From an uncultured bacterium (lineage in GTDB: Bacteria > Patescibacteriota > Minisyncoccia > Phycocordibacterales > GWA1-40-21), in NCBI GenBank assembly GCA_963840885.1, contig CAWJAN010000004.1:47984-111983 (forward strand): a stretch of DNA of 64,000 bases, in the 5' to 3' direction. The notes beneath the pieces are model-generated. The model was not told the origin of the DNA, searched no databases, and was given only the letters and a program-made list of their open reading frames with translations. Each line of letters starts with the position of its first letter. Positions within the stretch are counted from its first letter, which is position 1. This document shows positions 17,550 to 27,174 of this stretch, piece by piece. The translations under genes were made by a program, and so were the position numbers.

Positions 17550-20500
17550 ATGCCAGAAAAATTCATCCATCTCCATACCCATTCGCATTATTCCCTTCTG
17601 AATGCGCTGCCAAAAATAAAGGATCTGGTGAAAGCCGCGAAGGAAAACGGCATGCCTGCTCTCGCGCTTACGGACGCCGGAAACATGTACGGCGCCATAG
17701 AATTTTACCAGGCCTGCAAAAAAAATGAGATAAAGCCGATAATAGGCGTGGATTTTTATGTCGCATCGAGGAATCGCGCCGAAAAGCAGAGCGGCATAGA
17801 TTCAAGAAGATTCCGACTCGTCCTTCTGGCAAAAGATGAGGAAGGATATAAAAACCTGATAAAGCTCGTTACCTATTCGTACTTTGAGGGATTCTATTAT
17901 AAGCCTAGGATAGACCGAGAACTCATAGAAAAATATTCCGAAGGCCTTATATGCATAATACCGCACTTTTCCGGAGAAACTTCTATGGCGCTCAAAAACA
18001 ATGATTCCGAAAAAGCAGAAAATATAATTGGCTGGTATAAAAAAATATTCGGCAAGGAAAATTTATTTTTGGAAATAACTCATCATCCTGAAATCGATGG
18101 TCAGATAGAACTCAAGGAAAAAATAAAAAAACTGGCGCACGAAACCAGAACCGAACTTGTGGCAGCTCATGACGTATATTATCTTAAACCGGAAGACAAG
18201 CCGGCTAGGGATACTCTTGTGGAAGTGAATTCTCATGCCGATTTTTCGGAAAGAGCGGAACATGAAAGTAAGGATGATTTTTCTTTCATCGCCGCTGAAA
18301 AAGCGGAAGAATATTTCAAGAACGAGCCGGAGGCTATAAAAAACACGTTAAAAATCGCCGAAATGTGCAACCTTTCTCTTGTTCTTGGAAAAGATGCCTG
18401 GAAGTTCCCGAACTTCGTGGTAGAAAGCGGCCTATCGCACGACGAAGAGCTGAAGAAGATAGCTTTTGAAGGCATTACGAAAAGAGGCCTTCCTCATTCT
18501 CCGGACATAGTGACAAGGCTCGAATATGAGCTAGAAGTGATAAAGAACAAGGGATATTCAAAATACTTCCTTGTCGTTGCCGACTTGCTTAAATATTCTG
18601 ACGATCACGGCATCTATACCAATATCAGAGGGTCTGTTGCAGGATCGATGGTCACATATCTGACCGGCATTACAAAAGTAAATCCTCTCGAATATAAGCT
18701 GCCTTTCGAAAGATTCCTCAATCCGGAACGACCTTCAGCGCCGGATATAGATATGGACTTTGCCGACAACCGCCGCGACGAGGTCATAGATTATGTCAGA
18801 GAAAAATACGGCAAAGAAAATGTGGCGCAGATAGGTACTTTCGGAACAATGATGGCGCGCGGCGCCGTGCGCGATGTTGCGAGAGCTCTCAAATATCCGC
18901 TGACTCTTGCTGACAAAATTGCAAAGCTTATTCCTTTCGGCGCCCAGGGTTTCCCGATGACGATTGACCGCGCTCTTAAAGAAACTCCGGAGCTCAATGA
19001 CTGGTACGAAAAAGATGCGGACGTAAAGAATATCCTGGACATGGCGAAAAAAATCGAAGGATGTGCCAGACATATCAGCGTGCATGCCGCCGGCGTTGTC
19101 ATCTCGCCTGATGCGCTTGTAAATTATGTCCCTCTTCAATACGATACTAAGGAAGGAAATAAGATCATTACCCAGTACGACATGAATTCTGTCGGCGAAG
19201 ACGGCGTAGGGCTTTTGAAATTCGACTTCTTGGGAATCAGGAATCTCTCCATCCTCGCCGATGCCGTCGACCGCGTCAAAAAAATTGAAGGAAAGGATAT
19301 GGACATAGAAAAAATCCCGCTTGATGACAAAAAAACATATGAGATGCTTTCACGCGGCGACACCATCGGCGTCTTCCAGCTCAATGGACAAGGTATGACG
19401 AAAGCACTCAAAGAACTGAAGCCGACCGTCATCCACGACATAAATGTAATGGTCGCCCTATACAGGCCTGGACCTATGGACAATATATACGAATATATAG
19501 CGAGGAAGCATGGAGAAAAGCCTGTGAGTTACCTTCATCCAAGAATGAAAGATTATCTTGATACCACTTTCGGCGTGCTCGTTTACCAGGATGACCTTCT
19601 TATGACTGCCATTGAAGTCGCCGGATATACCTGGGGCGAAGCTGACAAGTTCAGAAAAGCCGTGGGAAAAAAGATTCCTGAAGAGATGGCCAAGCAGCAT
19701 ATAAAATTCGTCGAAGGCTGCGTGAAAAACGGCGACATGACGGAGAAAAAAGCCGAAGCCCTTTGGAAACTATTCGAGCCTTTTCAAGGCTACGGATTCA
19801 ACAAAGCCCATGCCGCAAGCTATGGCCGCGTCTCCTATCAGACTGCTTATATGAAAGCGAATTTTCCGGCCATATATATGTCTGCAGTGCTGAGCGCCGA
19901 ATCAGGGGACGTGGAAAAAATAGCTGAGACCGTTGCCGACTGCAAAAAAATCGGCATTCCAGTATTGCCTCCGTCGGTCAACGAATCCTTCAGCCAATTC
20001 ACGGTGGTAAAGACGCCAGGCATATCTCCGGAAGATACCGGGCCGAACCGCGACAAGATCCGCTTCGGCCTCATGACCATCAAGAATTTCGGCGAGGAGA
20101 TTTCCCACGCAATCATCCGGAACCGGAAAGAAAAAGGAAAGTTCAAATCACTCTCCGACTTTCTCGAGCGCATCATCGACAAGAATCTCAATAAGCGCTC
20201 GCTTGATGCCCTCATAAAATCCGGCGCCCTCGACGAATTCGCCGACCGCGGAATCATGCTCGCGAATATGGAAAAACTTCTGGAATACAACAAGGAAGCC
20301 GCCAAGAGCGACGGCTCGCAGGATTCTCTTTTCGGTATGTTTGACCTGTCCGGTCAGGAAGGAACAGAGGCCCATCATGAAAATCTGCGGCTTGAACCGG
20401 CATCCGATATCACTCCAAAACAAAAGCTTGAATGGGAAAAAGAGCTTCTCGGCCTCTATATTTCCGGCCACCCGCTCGACAAATACCGCGAGAAGCTGGA

Positions 20501-20810
20501 GAAACAGGAAATAAATATAAAGAAAATAAAAGAAGAAACGGATTCCGTAAGAAAAAAGATAGACGACGGCAAGCCTATAGGCGCAATGGTGGAAAGCGTC
20601 CGCTCATTCATAACAAAAAATAATGAGCAGATGGTGTTTTTGAAAATTACCGATCTTACAGGCTCCATAGAAGCCGTGGCTTTTCCGAGGACCTATTCGG
20701 TTTACAAGGATGCTTTGCAGGAGGACAAATGCATAGCCGCAATCTGCAAAGTTTCGGACCGAAACGGCGAGATCAGCTTGATAATAGAGCGGGTTAAGGT
20801 TTTGGAATAA
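17550..20810 (+). CDS. dnaE: DNA polymerase III alpha subunit
   Basis: PHP domain (HLHTHSHYSLL), RGSVAGS, FERFLNPER..PDIDMDF, FNKAHAASY and a C-terminal OB fold. Confidence 0.97.
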   Translation: MPEKFIHLHTHSHYSLLNALPKIKDLVKAAKENGMPALALTDAGNMYGAIEFYQACKKNEIKPIIGVDFYVASRNRAEKQSGIDSRRFRLVLLAKDEEGYKNLIKLVTYSYFEGFYYKPRIDRELIEKYSEGLICIIPHFSGETSMALKNNDSEKAENIIGWYKKIFGKENLFLEITHHPEIDGQIELKEKIKKLAHETRTELVAAHDVYYLKPEDKPARDTLVEVNSHADFSERAEHESKDDFSFIAAEKAEEYFKNEPEAIKNTLKIAEMCNLSLVLGKDAWKFPNFVVESGLSHDEELKKIAFEGITKRGLPHSPDIVTRLEYELEVIKNKGYSKYFLVVADLLKYSDDHGIYTNIRGSVAGSMVTYLTGITKVNPLEYKLPFERFLNPERPSAPDIDMDFADNRRDEVIDYVREKYGKENVAQIGTFGTMMARGAVRDVARALKYPLTLADKIAKLIPFGAQGFPMTIDRALKETPELNDWYEKDADVKNILDMAKKIEGCARHISVHAAGVVISPDALVNYVPLQYDTKEGNKIITQYDMNSVGEDGVGLLKFDFLGIRNLSILADAVDRVKKIEGKDMDIEKIPLDDKKTYEMLSRGDTIGVFQLNGQGMTKALKELKPTVIHDINVMVALYRPGPMDNIYEYIARKHGEKPVSYLHPRMKDYLDTTFGVLVYQDDLLMTAIEVAGYTWGEADKFRKAVGKKIPEEMAKQHIKFVEGCVKNGDMTEKKAEALWKLFEPFQGYGFNKAHAASYGRVSYQTAYMKANFPAIYMSAVLSAESGDVEKIAETVADCKKIGIPVLPPSVNESFSQFTVVKTPGISPEDTGPNRDKIRFGLMTIKNFGEEISHAIIRNRKEKGKFKSLSDFLERIIDKNLNKRSLDALIKSGALDEFADRGIMLANMEKLLEYNKEAAKSDGSQDSLFGMFDLSGQEGTEAHHENLRLEPASDITPKQKLEWEKELLGLYISGHPLDKYREKLEKQEINIKKIKEETDSVRKKIDDGKPIGAMVESVRSFITKNNEQMVFLKITDLTGSIEAVAFPRTYSVYKDALQEDKCIAAICKVSDRNGEISLIIERVKVLE

Positions 20811-20814
20811 AGGT

Positions 20815-20843
20815 TTGACACTAATGATATATTTGACTACTAT
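20815..20843 (+). promoter_or_regulatory. sigma70 promoter of the thrS leader
   Basis: TTGACA-17-TACTAT. Confidence 0.7.
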
Positions 20844-20848
20844 ATAAG

Positions 20849-20976
20849 AGAAAAAGATTATCGCGACTACCAATCGCTTAAAAAGTAATCTTCTAATGAG
20901 AACAAATTCGGGTGGAACCGCGGTGAGAATCGCCCCGATAAAAAACGAATAATTCGTTTTTTATCGGGGCGATTTT
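20849..20976 (+). ncRNA. T-box riboswitch leader (compact) upstream of thrS
   Basis: T-box sequence AATTCGGGTGGAACCGCGG (20905-20923), antiterminator partner CGCCCCG, an overlapping 23-bp terminator stem, and a short stem I with a Thr codon in its loop. Confidence 0.85.
20928..20976 (+). terminator. T-box terminator hairpin
   Basis: Perfect 23-bp inverted repeat 20928-20950 / 20952-20974, ending in TTTT. Confidence 0.85.
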
Positions 20977-20994
20977 ATATAATAAACAAATACT

Positions 20995-22731
20995 ATGGAT
21001 GAAAACTTAAAGAAAATCAGGCATTCTCTCGCCCACCTTTTGGGTGCATCGGTTTTGGAACTTTGGCCAGACACGAAGCTCGCCATCGGACCGGCAATAG
21101 ACAACGGCTTTTACTACGACTTTGATTTTGAAAAACCAATTACTGACAAGGACCTCGGAAAAATCGAACAGAAAATGCGCGAGCTTTTGAAAAAGTGGAA
21201 GGGTTTTGAAAGGACGGAAGTCACGGAAAAGGAAGCCAAAAAAATCTTTGGAAAAAATCCATACAAGACTGAGCTTATTGAAGAACATGCCGAAGCCGGA
21301 GACAAGCTAACTACCTATAAATCCGGAGACTTTTTGGATTTCTGCGCAGGCGGGCACGTGGATGATATGAAAGAAATCAAAAGCGATGCATTCAAGCTCG
21401 ACCGCGTCGCTGGTGCCTATTGGCGCGGAGACGAAAAAAACAAAATGCTTACTCGCATTTACGGACTAGCTTTCGCTTCCAAAGCTGAGCTGGAAGCCTA
21501 CGAAAAGATTATCGAGGAAGCGGAAAAAAGGGATCACCGAAAACTCGGCAAAGACCTTGATCTTTTCACATTCTCTCCTCTTGTAGGTCCGGGCCTTCCG
21601 CTCTGGACGCCAAAAGGAACGATTCTCCGAAATGAACTGGATAATTTTATCTGGGAACTAAGAAAGGAAAAAGGATTCCAGAAAGTCACTATTCCACATC
21701 TGACAAAAAAAGATCTTTATGAAACTTCCGGACACTGGGAAAAGTTCGGTGACAGTTTGTTTAAGATAAAAACCCGAGAAGGAAAGGAATACGCGGTTAA
21801 GCCGATGAATTGCCCGCACCATACGCAAATATTTGCCAGAATGCCTCATACATACAAGCAAATGCCGGAGCGTTATTCTGAGACCACGATGGTCTACCGC
21901 GATGAGCAGTCCGGCGAGCTTGGCGGCCTTACCCGCGTGCTTTCCATCACCCAAGATGATGCTCATATTTTCTGCAGGCACGGCCAGATAAAAGACGAGT
22001 TTAATGGCATTTGGGATATCATAGAAACAGTGTACAAGACTTTCGGCTTCGAACTGCGGGTACGATTGTCATTTCATGATCCGGAACATATGGAAAAATA
22101 TCTTGGCACCAAAGAAATCTGGAAAAATGCCGAATCAACTCTTGAAGAACTTGCGAAAGCAAGAAAGGCAAAATATTTCATTGGTGTCGGGGAAGCCGCT
22201 TTATACGGACCAAAGCTCGATTTTATGGCGAAAGATTCCCTTGGCCGCGAGCATCAGGTCGCCACAATACAGCTCGATATGAACCTGCCGGAAAGATTCG
22301 ATCTTTATTGCATAAACGAAAAAAACGAGCATGAAAGGATAGTGATGCTCCACTGCGCCATCATGGGCTCAATCGAAAGATTCTCGGCAGTTCTCATAGA
22401 ACATCTTTCTGGCAACTTCCCTCTTTGGCTTTCGCCGGTCCAGATAAAAATCGTCCCGGTCAGGGAAAATCACAACGAATACGCGGAAAAAATTTCTGCG
22501 GAGCTCGCAAAAGAAGGCTTCCGTGTGGACTGCGATACAAGAGACGGCAATATGGGAGGAAAAGTCCGCGATGCAAAAAATAACAGAATTCCCTACACCA
22601 TAATAGTCGGCGACAAGGATATTGAAGCTAAAAAGATTTCCGTAGAGTCTCGAGACCGCGGACAGCTCGGGCAAAAAGATCTTGGCGATTTTATAAAAGA
22701 TATAAAATCGGAAATGGAGAAAAAATCTTAA
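20995..22731 (+). CDS. thrS: Threonine--tRNA ligase (no N-terminal TGS domain)
   Basis: RHSLAHLL, GPAIDNGFYYDF, RDHRKLG, KPMNCP, QDDAHIFC, YGPKLD and GSIERF motifs. Confidence 0.97.
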   Translation: MDENLKKIRHSLAHLLGASVLELWPDTKLAIGPAIDNGFYYDFDFEKPITDKDLGKIEQKMRELLKKWKGFERTEVTEKEAKKIFGKNPYKTELIEEHAEAGDKLTTYKSGDFLDFCAGGHVDDMKEIKSDAFKLDRVAGAYWRGDEKNKMLTRIYGLAFASKAELEAYEKIIEEAEKRDHRKLGKDLDLFTFSPLVGPGLPLWTPKGTILRNELDNFIWELRKEKGFQKVTIPHLTKKDLYETSGHWEKFGDSLFKIKTREGKEYAVKPMNCPHHTQIFARMPHTYKQMPERYSETTMVYRDEQSGELGGLTRVLSITQDDAHIFCRHGQIKDEFNGIWDIIETVYKTFGFELRVRLSFHDPEHMEKYLGTKEIWKNAESTLEELAKARKAKYFIGVGEAALYGPKLDFMAKDSLGREHQVATIQLDMNLPERFDLYCINEKNEHERIVMLHCAIMGSIERFSAVLIEHLSGNFPLWLSPVQIKIVPVRENHNEYAEKISAELAKEGFRVDCDTRDGNMGGKVRDAKNNRIPYTIIVGDKDIEAKKISVESRDRGQLGQKDLGDFIKDIKSEMEKKS

Positions 22732-22735
22732 ATTT

Positions 22736-22936
22736 ATGGAACCTTTGGGAAAAAATAAAGGGGTGATAGCGGACGGCATAGCTTTGCCTTTTTGGGCCAT
22801 ACTCCTTATGTATGCGTTCTGGAAAATAAATGGCGGAGACCAGACTGCCTGGATAATAGTACTTATCATAGGCGTCGCATCTGTAGTGGACTTCAGCCTT
22901 GTCTGGGAATTCTTTGCTAAAAGATTAAGAAAATAA
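22736..22936 (+). CDS. Small 2-TM membrane protein
   Basis: 66-aa hydrophobic ORF 4 nt after thrS, followed by hairpin 22948-22974. Confidence 0.65.
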   Translation: MEPLGKNKGVIADGIALPFWAILLMYAFWKINGGDQTAWIIVLIIGVASVVDFSLVWEFFAKRLRK

Positions 22937-22991
22937 GTCAAATAAAAAAGCAGAGGATTAATAATCCTCTGCTTCGTTTTGCAAACGATAT

Positions 22992-23186
22992 TCATTTCTG
23001 AATTTTTCCTTTGCACGACGACACATGATTCTCTAGGCGGCCAAAACGGATGTTTTGGCCGCATTTTGGACATGGGTCGCAGCAAGGAAGTATACAAGAA
23101 CGATTCGGTTGCGGCGGTGAATTATGATGCGAACATTTGCATATGTCCTCACCAGTTGCAATAGCGGTGTTTTCAGGGTCTTTCAT
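22992..23186 (-). CDS. Cys/His-rich zinc-finger microprotein
   Basis: 64 aa with C-x2-C-x11-H-x3-C plus additional Cys/His; SD GGAGGT; shares a bidirectional terminator. Confidence 0.7.
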   Translation of the reverse strand: MKDPENTAIATGEDICKCSHHNSPPQPNRSCILPCCDPCPKCGQNIRFGRLENHVSSCKGKIQK

Positions 23187-23249
23187 AACCACCTCCGGAT
23201 AAAAATGGCTTACAAAAAAATTTTACGCTTTTTTGCCTGCAAGTCAAAC

Positions 23250-23885
23250 TTAATTTATGGGATTTTCGCTTACAAACTCAGCCTGCACTATATACCTGTC
23301 TTCTTTTGCTGCAAAAGTATTGCAGGTAGTTAGGGTGAGCATTCTGTTTTTTACATCGAAAACAACTTCTATATTGCTCGCCTTATCCATGCGCACTGAT
23401 GTGACGCTGTAGACGTATTCGTTCTTGTCTGAAAATACAGAAATCTTATCGCCAGGCTTCAGGTCTTTGAGGCCCACGAAAGTCTTGTATGCCTGGTTAT
23501 GCACGACCGGAAGACTCGTGCTATGTCCGAAAATAAAAATATTCCCTATTCCGCCAAGAAGGCCTGAACCCGGATATCTCACTGCGCCTTTTTCAAGAAA
23601 ACTGTCGAGAACATCAGTGCTCGTGCTGTCTGGATTGTATACTTGCGTATCGATTCCCACTTCCGGTATTTTGACTTCTAGCGGGACTTCGCCGTTTTGG
23701 CTCAGAGTCGTATTTTCCGGATATCTTCCGACTATTGTATCGAATTCCGACGGGACCAGATTAAAAAGGTAAAGTATGGCAAAAGTCGCAGTAAGTATGA
23801 TCAAGAAATACAAAATGAACGAGAGTTTGTTCTCCCATACGAATCTGACAAGGCTTTTTGGTTTTTCTTGGCTGTTTTTCAGCAT
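23250..23885 (-). CDS. Sortase-family protein
   Basis: N-terminal TM, IFGHS, LTLTTC and catalytic Arg (EDRYIV). Confidence 0.92.
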   Translation of the reverse strand: MLKNSQEKPKSLVRFVWENKLSFILYFLIILTATFAILYLFNLVPSEFDTIVGRYPENTTLSQNGEVPLEVKIPEVGIDTQVYNPDSTSTDVLDSFLEKGAVRYPGSGLLGGIGNIFIFGHSTSLPVVHNQAYKTFVGLKDLKPGDKISVFSDKNEYVYSVTSVRMDKASNIEVVFDVKNRMLTLTTCNTFAAKEDRYIVQAEFVSENPIN

Positions 23886-23968
23886 GATTTTGGCTTAATT
23901 GTATCTACTTGACAATGAAAGTCAAGTAATATATAATACTGATATTAATAAGATAAGAACATAATACC

Positions 23969-24967
23969 ATGCCTGAACAAAAAGTAGAAAAAAAGACATC
24001 AAAAGCAAGGGAATACGGGCTTATTGCGGCTATTGTAGCCGGAGTAATCTTCTTCCTCGCCATTTTCGTATACTTGCCTATAAAACTCATTCCGGCAGTA
24101 TTTTCAAACCTTCCGTCAAGTAATCAGACGGCTACCACCCTCTCGGGTGTCCCTGTTTCAGGAAATAGTTCGAACACAGCAACAAACTCAAACACCGCAA
24201 GCGGTTCTAATTCTTCAACAAATCAGAATTCAAATGTTTCCGCTTCAGCCGGAAACACATCTTATAAAGCTCCGGCTCAATACTACGGCCTTCCAGATCT
24301 TCAGGTTCAGCTTGAATCAACCGGCATTATAAATCCATATACTGGACAATATATCCAGACAGCTTATGCTGGATTCAATGACCAGATTGCGGTAAAATTC
24401 ATAGTAAGGAATGTCGGAACAAATGTTTCCGGACCATTCACGGTAAGGCTCAATATGCCGTCATCAAGAACTCCGTATTATGAATCGCCTTCCCAGCAGT
24501 CTATTCTTCCGGGAGATGCTATAGAATTCACCGGATCATTCGACAGCCCTACAGCAACAGGAATCATAACAGGATACATCACTGCCGATCCATATAATCA
24601 GATAAACGAGGTTTCAAAAGCAAACAATAATCTCGCGGTTCAATTCGATATTTCAGGAACAAACTGGCAGGGATCTATCCCTAGAGTTTCTCTTCCATAC
24701 GGCACATATTACTCTTGGGTAAATATGGACGTCGTATGTGCAGGATTCCCTTCCACGGCATATGTCGGCAACCAGGTTACCTGGACAGCCACAGCTTCTG
24801 GAGGAAACGGATACTTCGAGTATTCATGGGTTGGAACTGACGGACTCTCATCAACCGGAAATGCAACAGCCAAAACCTATTACACGACCGGCGTAAAAGT
24901 GGCCGATGTGACGGTAACGTCAAACGGCCAGTCAATCACAAAGGAGTGCCTCATAAACGTAATATAA
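23969..24967 (+). CDS. Membrane-anchored surface protein with CARDB-like and PKD/Ig-like domains
   Basis: TM anchor, Ser/Asn/Thr linker, PDLQV..VRNVGT..ADPYNQINEVSKANN (CARDB-like), SGGNG.Y.YSW.G (PKD-like). Confidence 0.8.
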   Translation: MPEQKVEKKTSKAREYGLIAAIVAGVIFFLAIFVYLPIKLIPAVFSNLPSSNQTATTLSGVPVSGNSSNTATNSNTASGSNSSTNQNSNVSASAGNTSYKAPAQYYGLPDLQVQLESTGIINPYTGQYIQTAYAGFNDQIAVKFIVRNVGTNVSGPFTVRLNMPSSRTPYYESPSQQSILPGDAIEFTGSFDSPTATGIITGYITADPYNQINEVSKANNNLAVQFDISGTNWQGSIPRVSLPYGTYYSWVNMDVVCAGFPSTAYVGNQVTWTATASGGNGYFEYSWVGTDGLSSTGNATAKTYYTTGVKVADVTVTSNGQSITKECLINVI

Positions 24968-24976
24968 TAAACTAAT

Positions 24977-25008
24977 TAAAAAGCCGCGCCCTTCGGGCGC
25001 GGCTTTTT
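24977..25008. terminator. Bidirectional terminator
   Basis: AAAAAGCCGCGCCC-ttc-GGGCGCGGCTTTTT. Confidence 0.8.
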
Positions 25009-25010
25009 GT

Positions 25011-27086
25011 TTATATATCAATATTCGCCATCTTTGCATTCGACTGGATAAATACCTTTCTAGCCGGAACATCGGTTCCCATAAGCATGTCGAAAATCTT
25101 GTCGGCTTCCTGAGCATCTTCTATGGTTACTCTTTTCATCTGCCTTCTTGCCGGATCCATTGTAGTTTCCCAAAGCTCTTCAGCATTCATTTCTCCGAGA
25201 CCCTTGTATCTCTGTACGGAAACTTTCGGGGTTTTTCCTGATTTCATTTCCTCTCCCATTTCAGCCTCGACTTTTTCTTCTATCAATTCTTCTTCGGAAA
25301 TCTGGGCGTCCGGTATTTTGGATTTTTTAAAATATGCCGTCTTTTCTTCTTCGGAATAAAAATAATGAATTTCCTTTCCGATCTTCACTTTGTAAAGAGG
25401 CGGCTGGGCAATACAGATAAATCCTCCATCGATAAGAGGTTTGAAATATCTGTAGAAAAGAGTGAGGAGAAGAGTCCGTATATGAGCTCCGTCAACGTCG
25501 GCATCGGTAGCTATGATTATTTTATGATACCTGAGTTTTGAAATATCGAACGTATCGCCTATTGCCGTGCCGAAAGCTACGACAAGATTCTTTATCTGCT
25601 CGGAATCAAGCATCCTGTCGAGGCGCGCCCTCTCAATATTTAAAATCTTTCCCCGGAGTGGAAGGATGGCCTGAGTCCTTCTGTCGCGGCCGGTCTTTGC
25701 GGTGCCTCCGGCAGAATCTCCCTCAACGATGAATATTTCGGATTCCGAAGCGTCTTTAGACTGACAGTCGGCAAGCTTGCCAGGCAGAGTCATTCCTTCA
25801 AGAGCTCCTTTTCTGAGTATTGAATCTTTGGCAGCCTTGGCTGCTTTTCTTGCCCTTAGTGCCAAGATAACTTTAGAAACTATGGCCCTTGCATCGTCAG
25901 GATTTTCCTCGAGAAATTCTCCGAAAGCTTCACCGAATACTTCTTCCACAGCTCCTCTTGCTTCTACAGAGCCAAGCTTGGCCTTTGTCTGTCCTTCAAA
26001 CTGTATTTCCCGTATCTTTACCGATACTACGGCGGTAAGGCCTTCGAGGACATCATCTCCGGTAAAATTATCTTCGCTTTCTTTGACTATTCCGTTTTTC
26101 CTGGCGTAATTATTCAAGCTTCTTGTAAGAGCTGTCTTGAAACCAGTCAAATGCGTTCCTCCTTCCGGAGTCTCGATATTGTTTGCAAACGCGATGATCC
26201 TAGAAGAGATATCGTCTACATACTGAAGAGACACTTCGACTGATTCAACAAGGCCTGATTTTTTTTCAACGTAAAAAATATTCTTGTGTATCGGCTTCTG
26301 GAACTGATTGTAAAACTTGACCAGGGAAAGAAGACCGCCTTCGAAATAGAAAGAGAAAGACGGCGCCTCAATTCCGAGCTCGGAGAAATAAAATACATCA
26401 TCATTGCTTATTTTTTCCGATACGTTCCTTGCGTCTATAACGGCGATTTTCAGCCCTTTGACCAGATATGCCTGCTGCCTCATATGGGAGACGACTTTTT
26501 TGAAATCAAAAATTAATCCTTCTTTGAAAATTTCCGCATCCGGTTCGAATGTGGTAATTGTTCCATGCTTATCTGTTTTTCCTATTTTCTTTACCGCGGC
26601 TTTTTTCTTTCCTCGGGAATATTCCTGAACATAAATTCCTTCATCTTTATGAACAACAACTTTCATATATACAGAAAGTGCATTTACAACTGAAGCTCCG
26701 ACTCCGTGAAGACCTCCGGAAACTTTGTATCCCGTTTCATCTCCGCCGAATTTTCCTCCGGCATGGAGCGTAGTCATTATAGTTTCAAGCGCGGAGACTT
26801 TGGTCTGCTTATGTATGTCTACTGGAATTCCTCGTCCGTTGTCGGTTACTCTCACTCTGTTTCCGGGAAGAAGCACGACTTCAATGTGGTTTGCAAAACC
26901 ACCCATCGCTTCGTCGCGAGAGTTGTCAAAGATTTCTGTAATGAGATGATGCAAACCGTCCGGACCAGTAGTGCCGATATACATTCCCGGCCTCTTTCTG
27001 ACCGGCTCCAGTCCTTCCAAAACCTGGATGGAACTTGCCGTATAGCCGCCTTCCTTTTTAATATCTTTTTCGTCTTTTTTAGCCAT
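25011..27086 (-). CDS. gyrB: DNA gyrase subunit B
   Basis: VRKRPGMYIG, DNGRGIP, GGLHGVG, EGDSAGG, PLRGKILN, DADVDG, RYKGLGEM. ParE cannot be strictly excluded. Confidence 0.92.
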   Translation of the reverse strand: MAKKDEKDIKKEGGYTASSIQVLEGLEPVRKRPGMYIGTTGPDGLHHLITEIFDNSRDEAMGGFANHIEVVLLPGNRVRVTDNGRGIPVDIHKQTKVSALETIMTTLHAGGKFGGDETGYKVSGGLHGVGASVVNALSVYMKVVVHKDEGIYVQEYSRGKKKAAVKKIGKTDKHGTITTFEPDAEIFKEGLIFDFKKVVSHMRQQAYLVKGLKIAVIDARNVSEKISNDDVFYFSELGIEAPSFSFYFEGGLLSLVKFYNQFQKPIHKNIFYVEKKSGLVESVEVSLQYVDDISSRIIAFANNIETPEGGTHLTGFKTALTRSLNNYARKNGIVKESEDNFTGDDVLEGLTAVVSVKIREIQFEGQTKAKLGSVEARGAVEEVFGEAFGEFLEENPDDARAIVSKVILALRARKAAKAAKDSILRKGALEGMTLPGKLADCQSKDASESEIFIVEGDSAGGTAKTGRDRRTQAILPLRGKILNIERARLDRMLDSEQIKNLVVAFGTAIGDTFDISKLRYHKIIIATDADVDGAHIRTLLLTLFYRYFKPLIDGGFICIAQPPLYKVKIGKEIHYFYSEEEKTAYFKKSKIPDAQISEEELIEEKVEAEMGEEMKSGKTPKVSVQRYKGLGEMNAEELWETTMDPARRQMKRVTIEDAQEADKIFDMLMGTDVPARKVFIQSNAKMANIDI

Positions 27087-27174
27087 AAAATAAAAACAGC
27101 TTAATTGCTTTTTATAGGCTAATTATACCATTTTCGGCATATAAAGAAAAGGCGATAATCGTCAAAATACTCTG

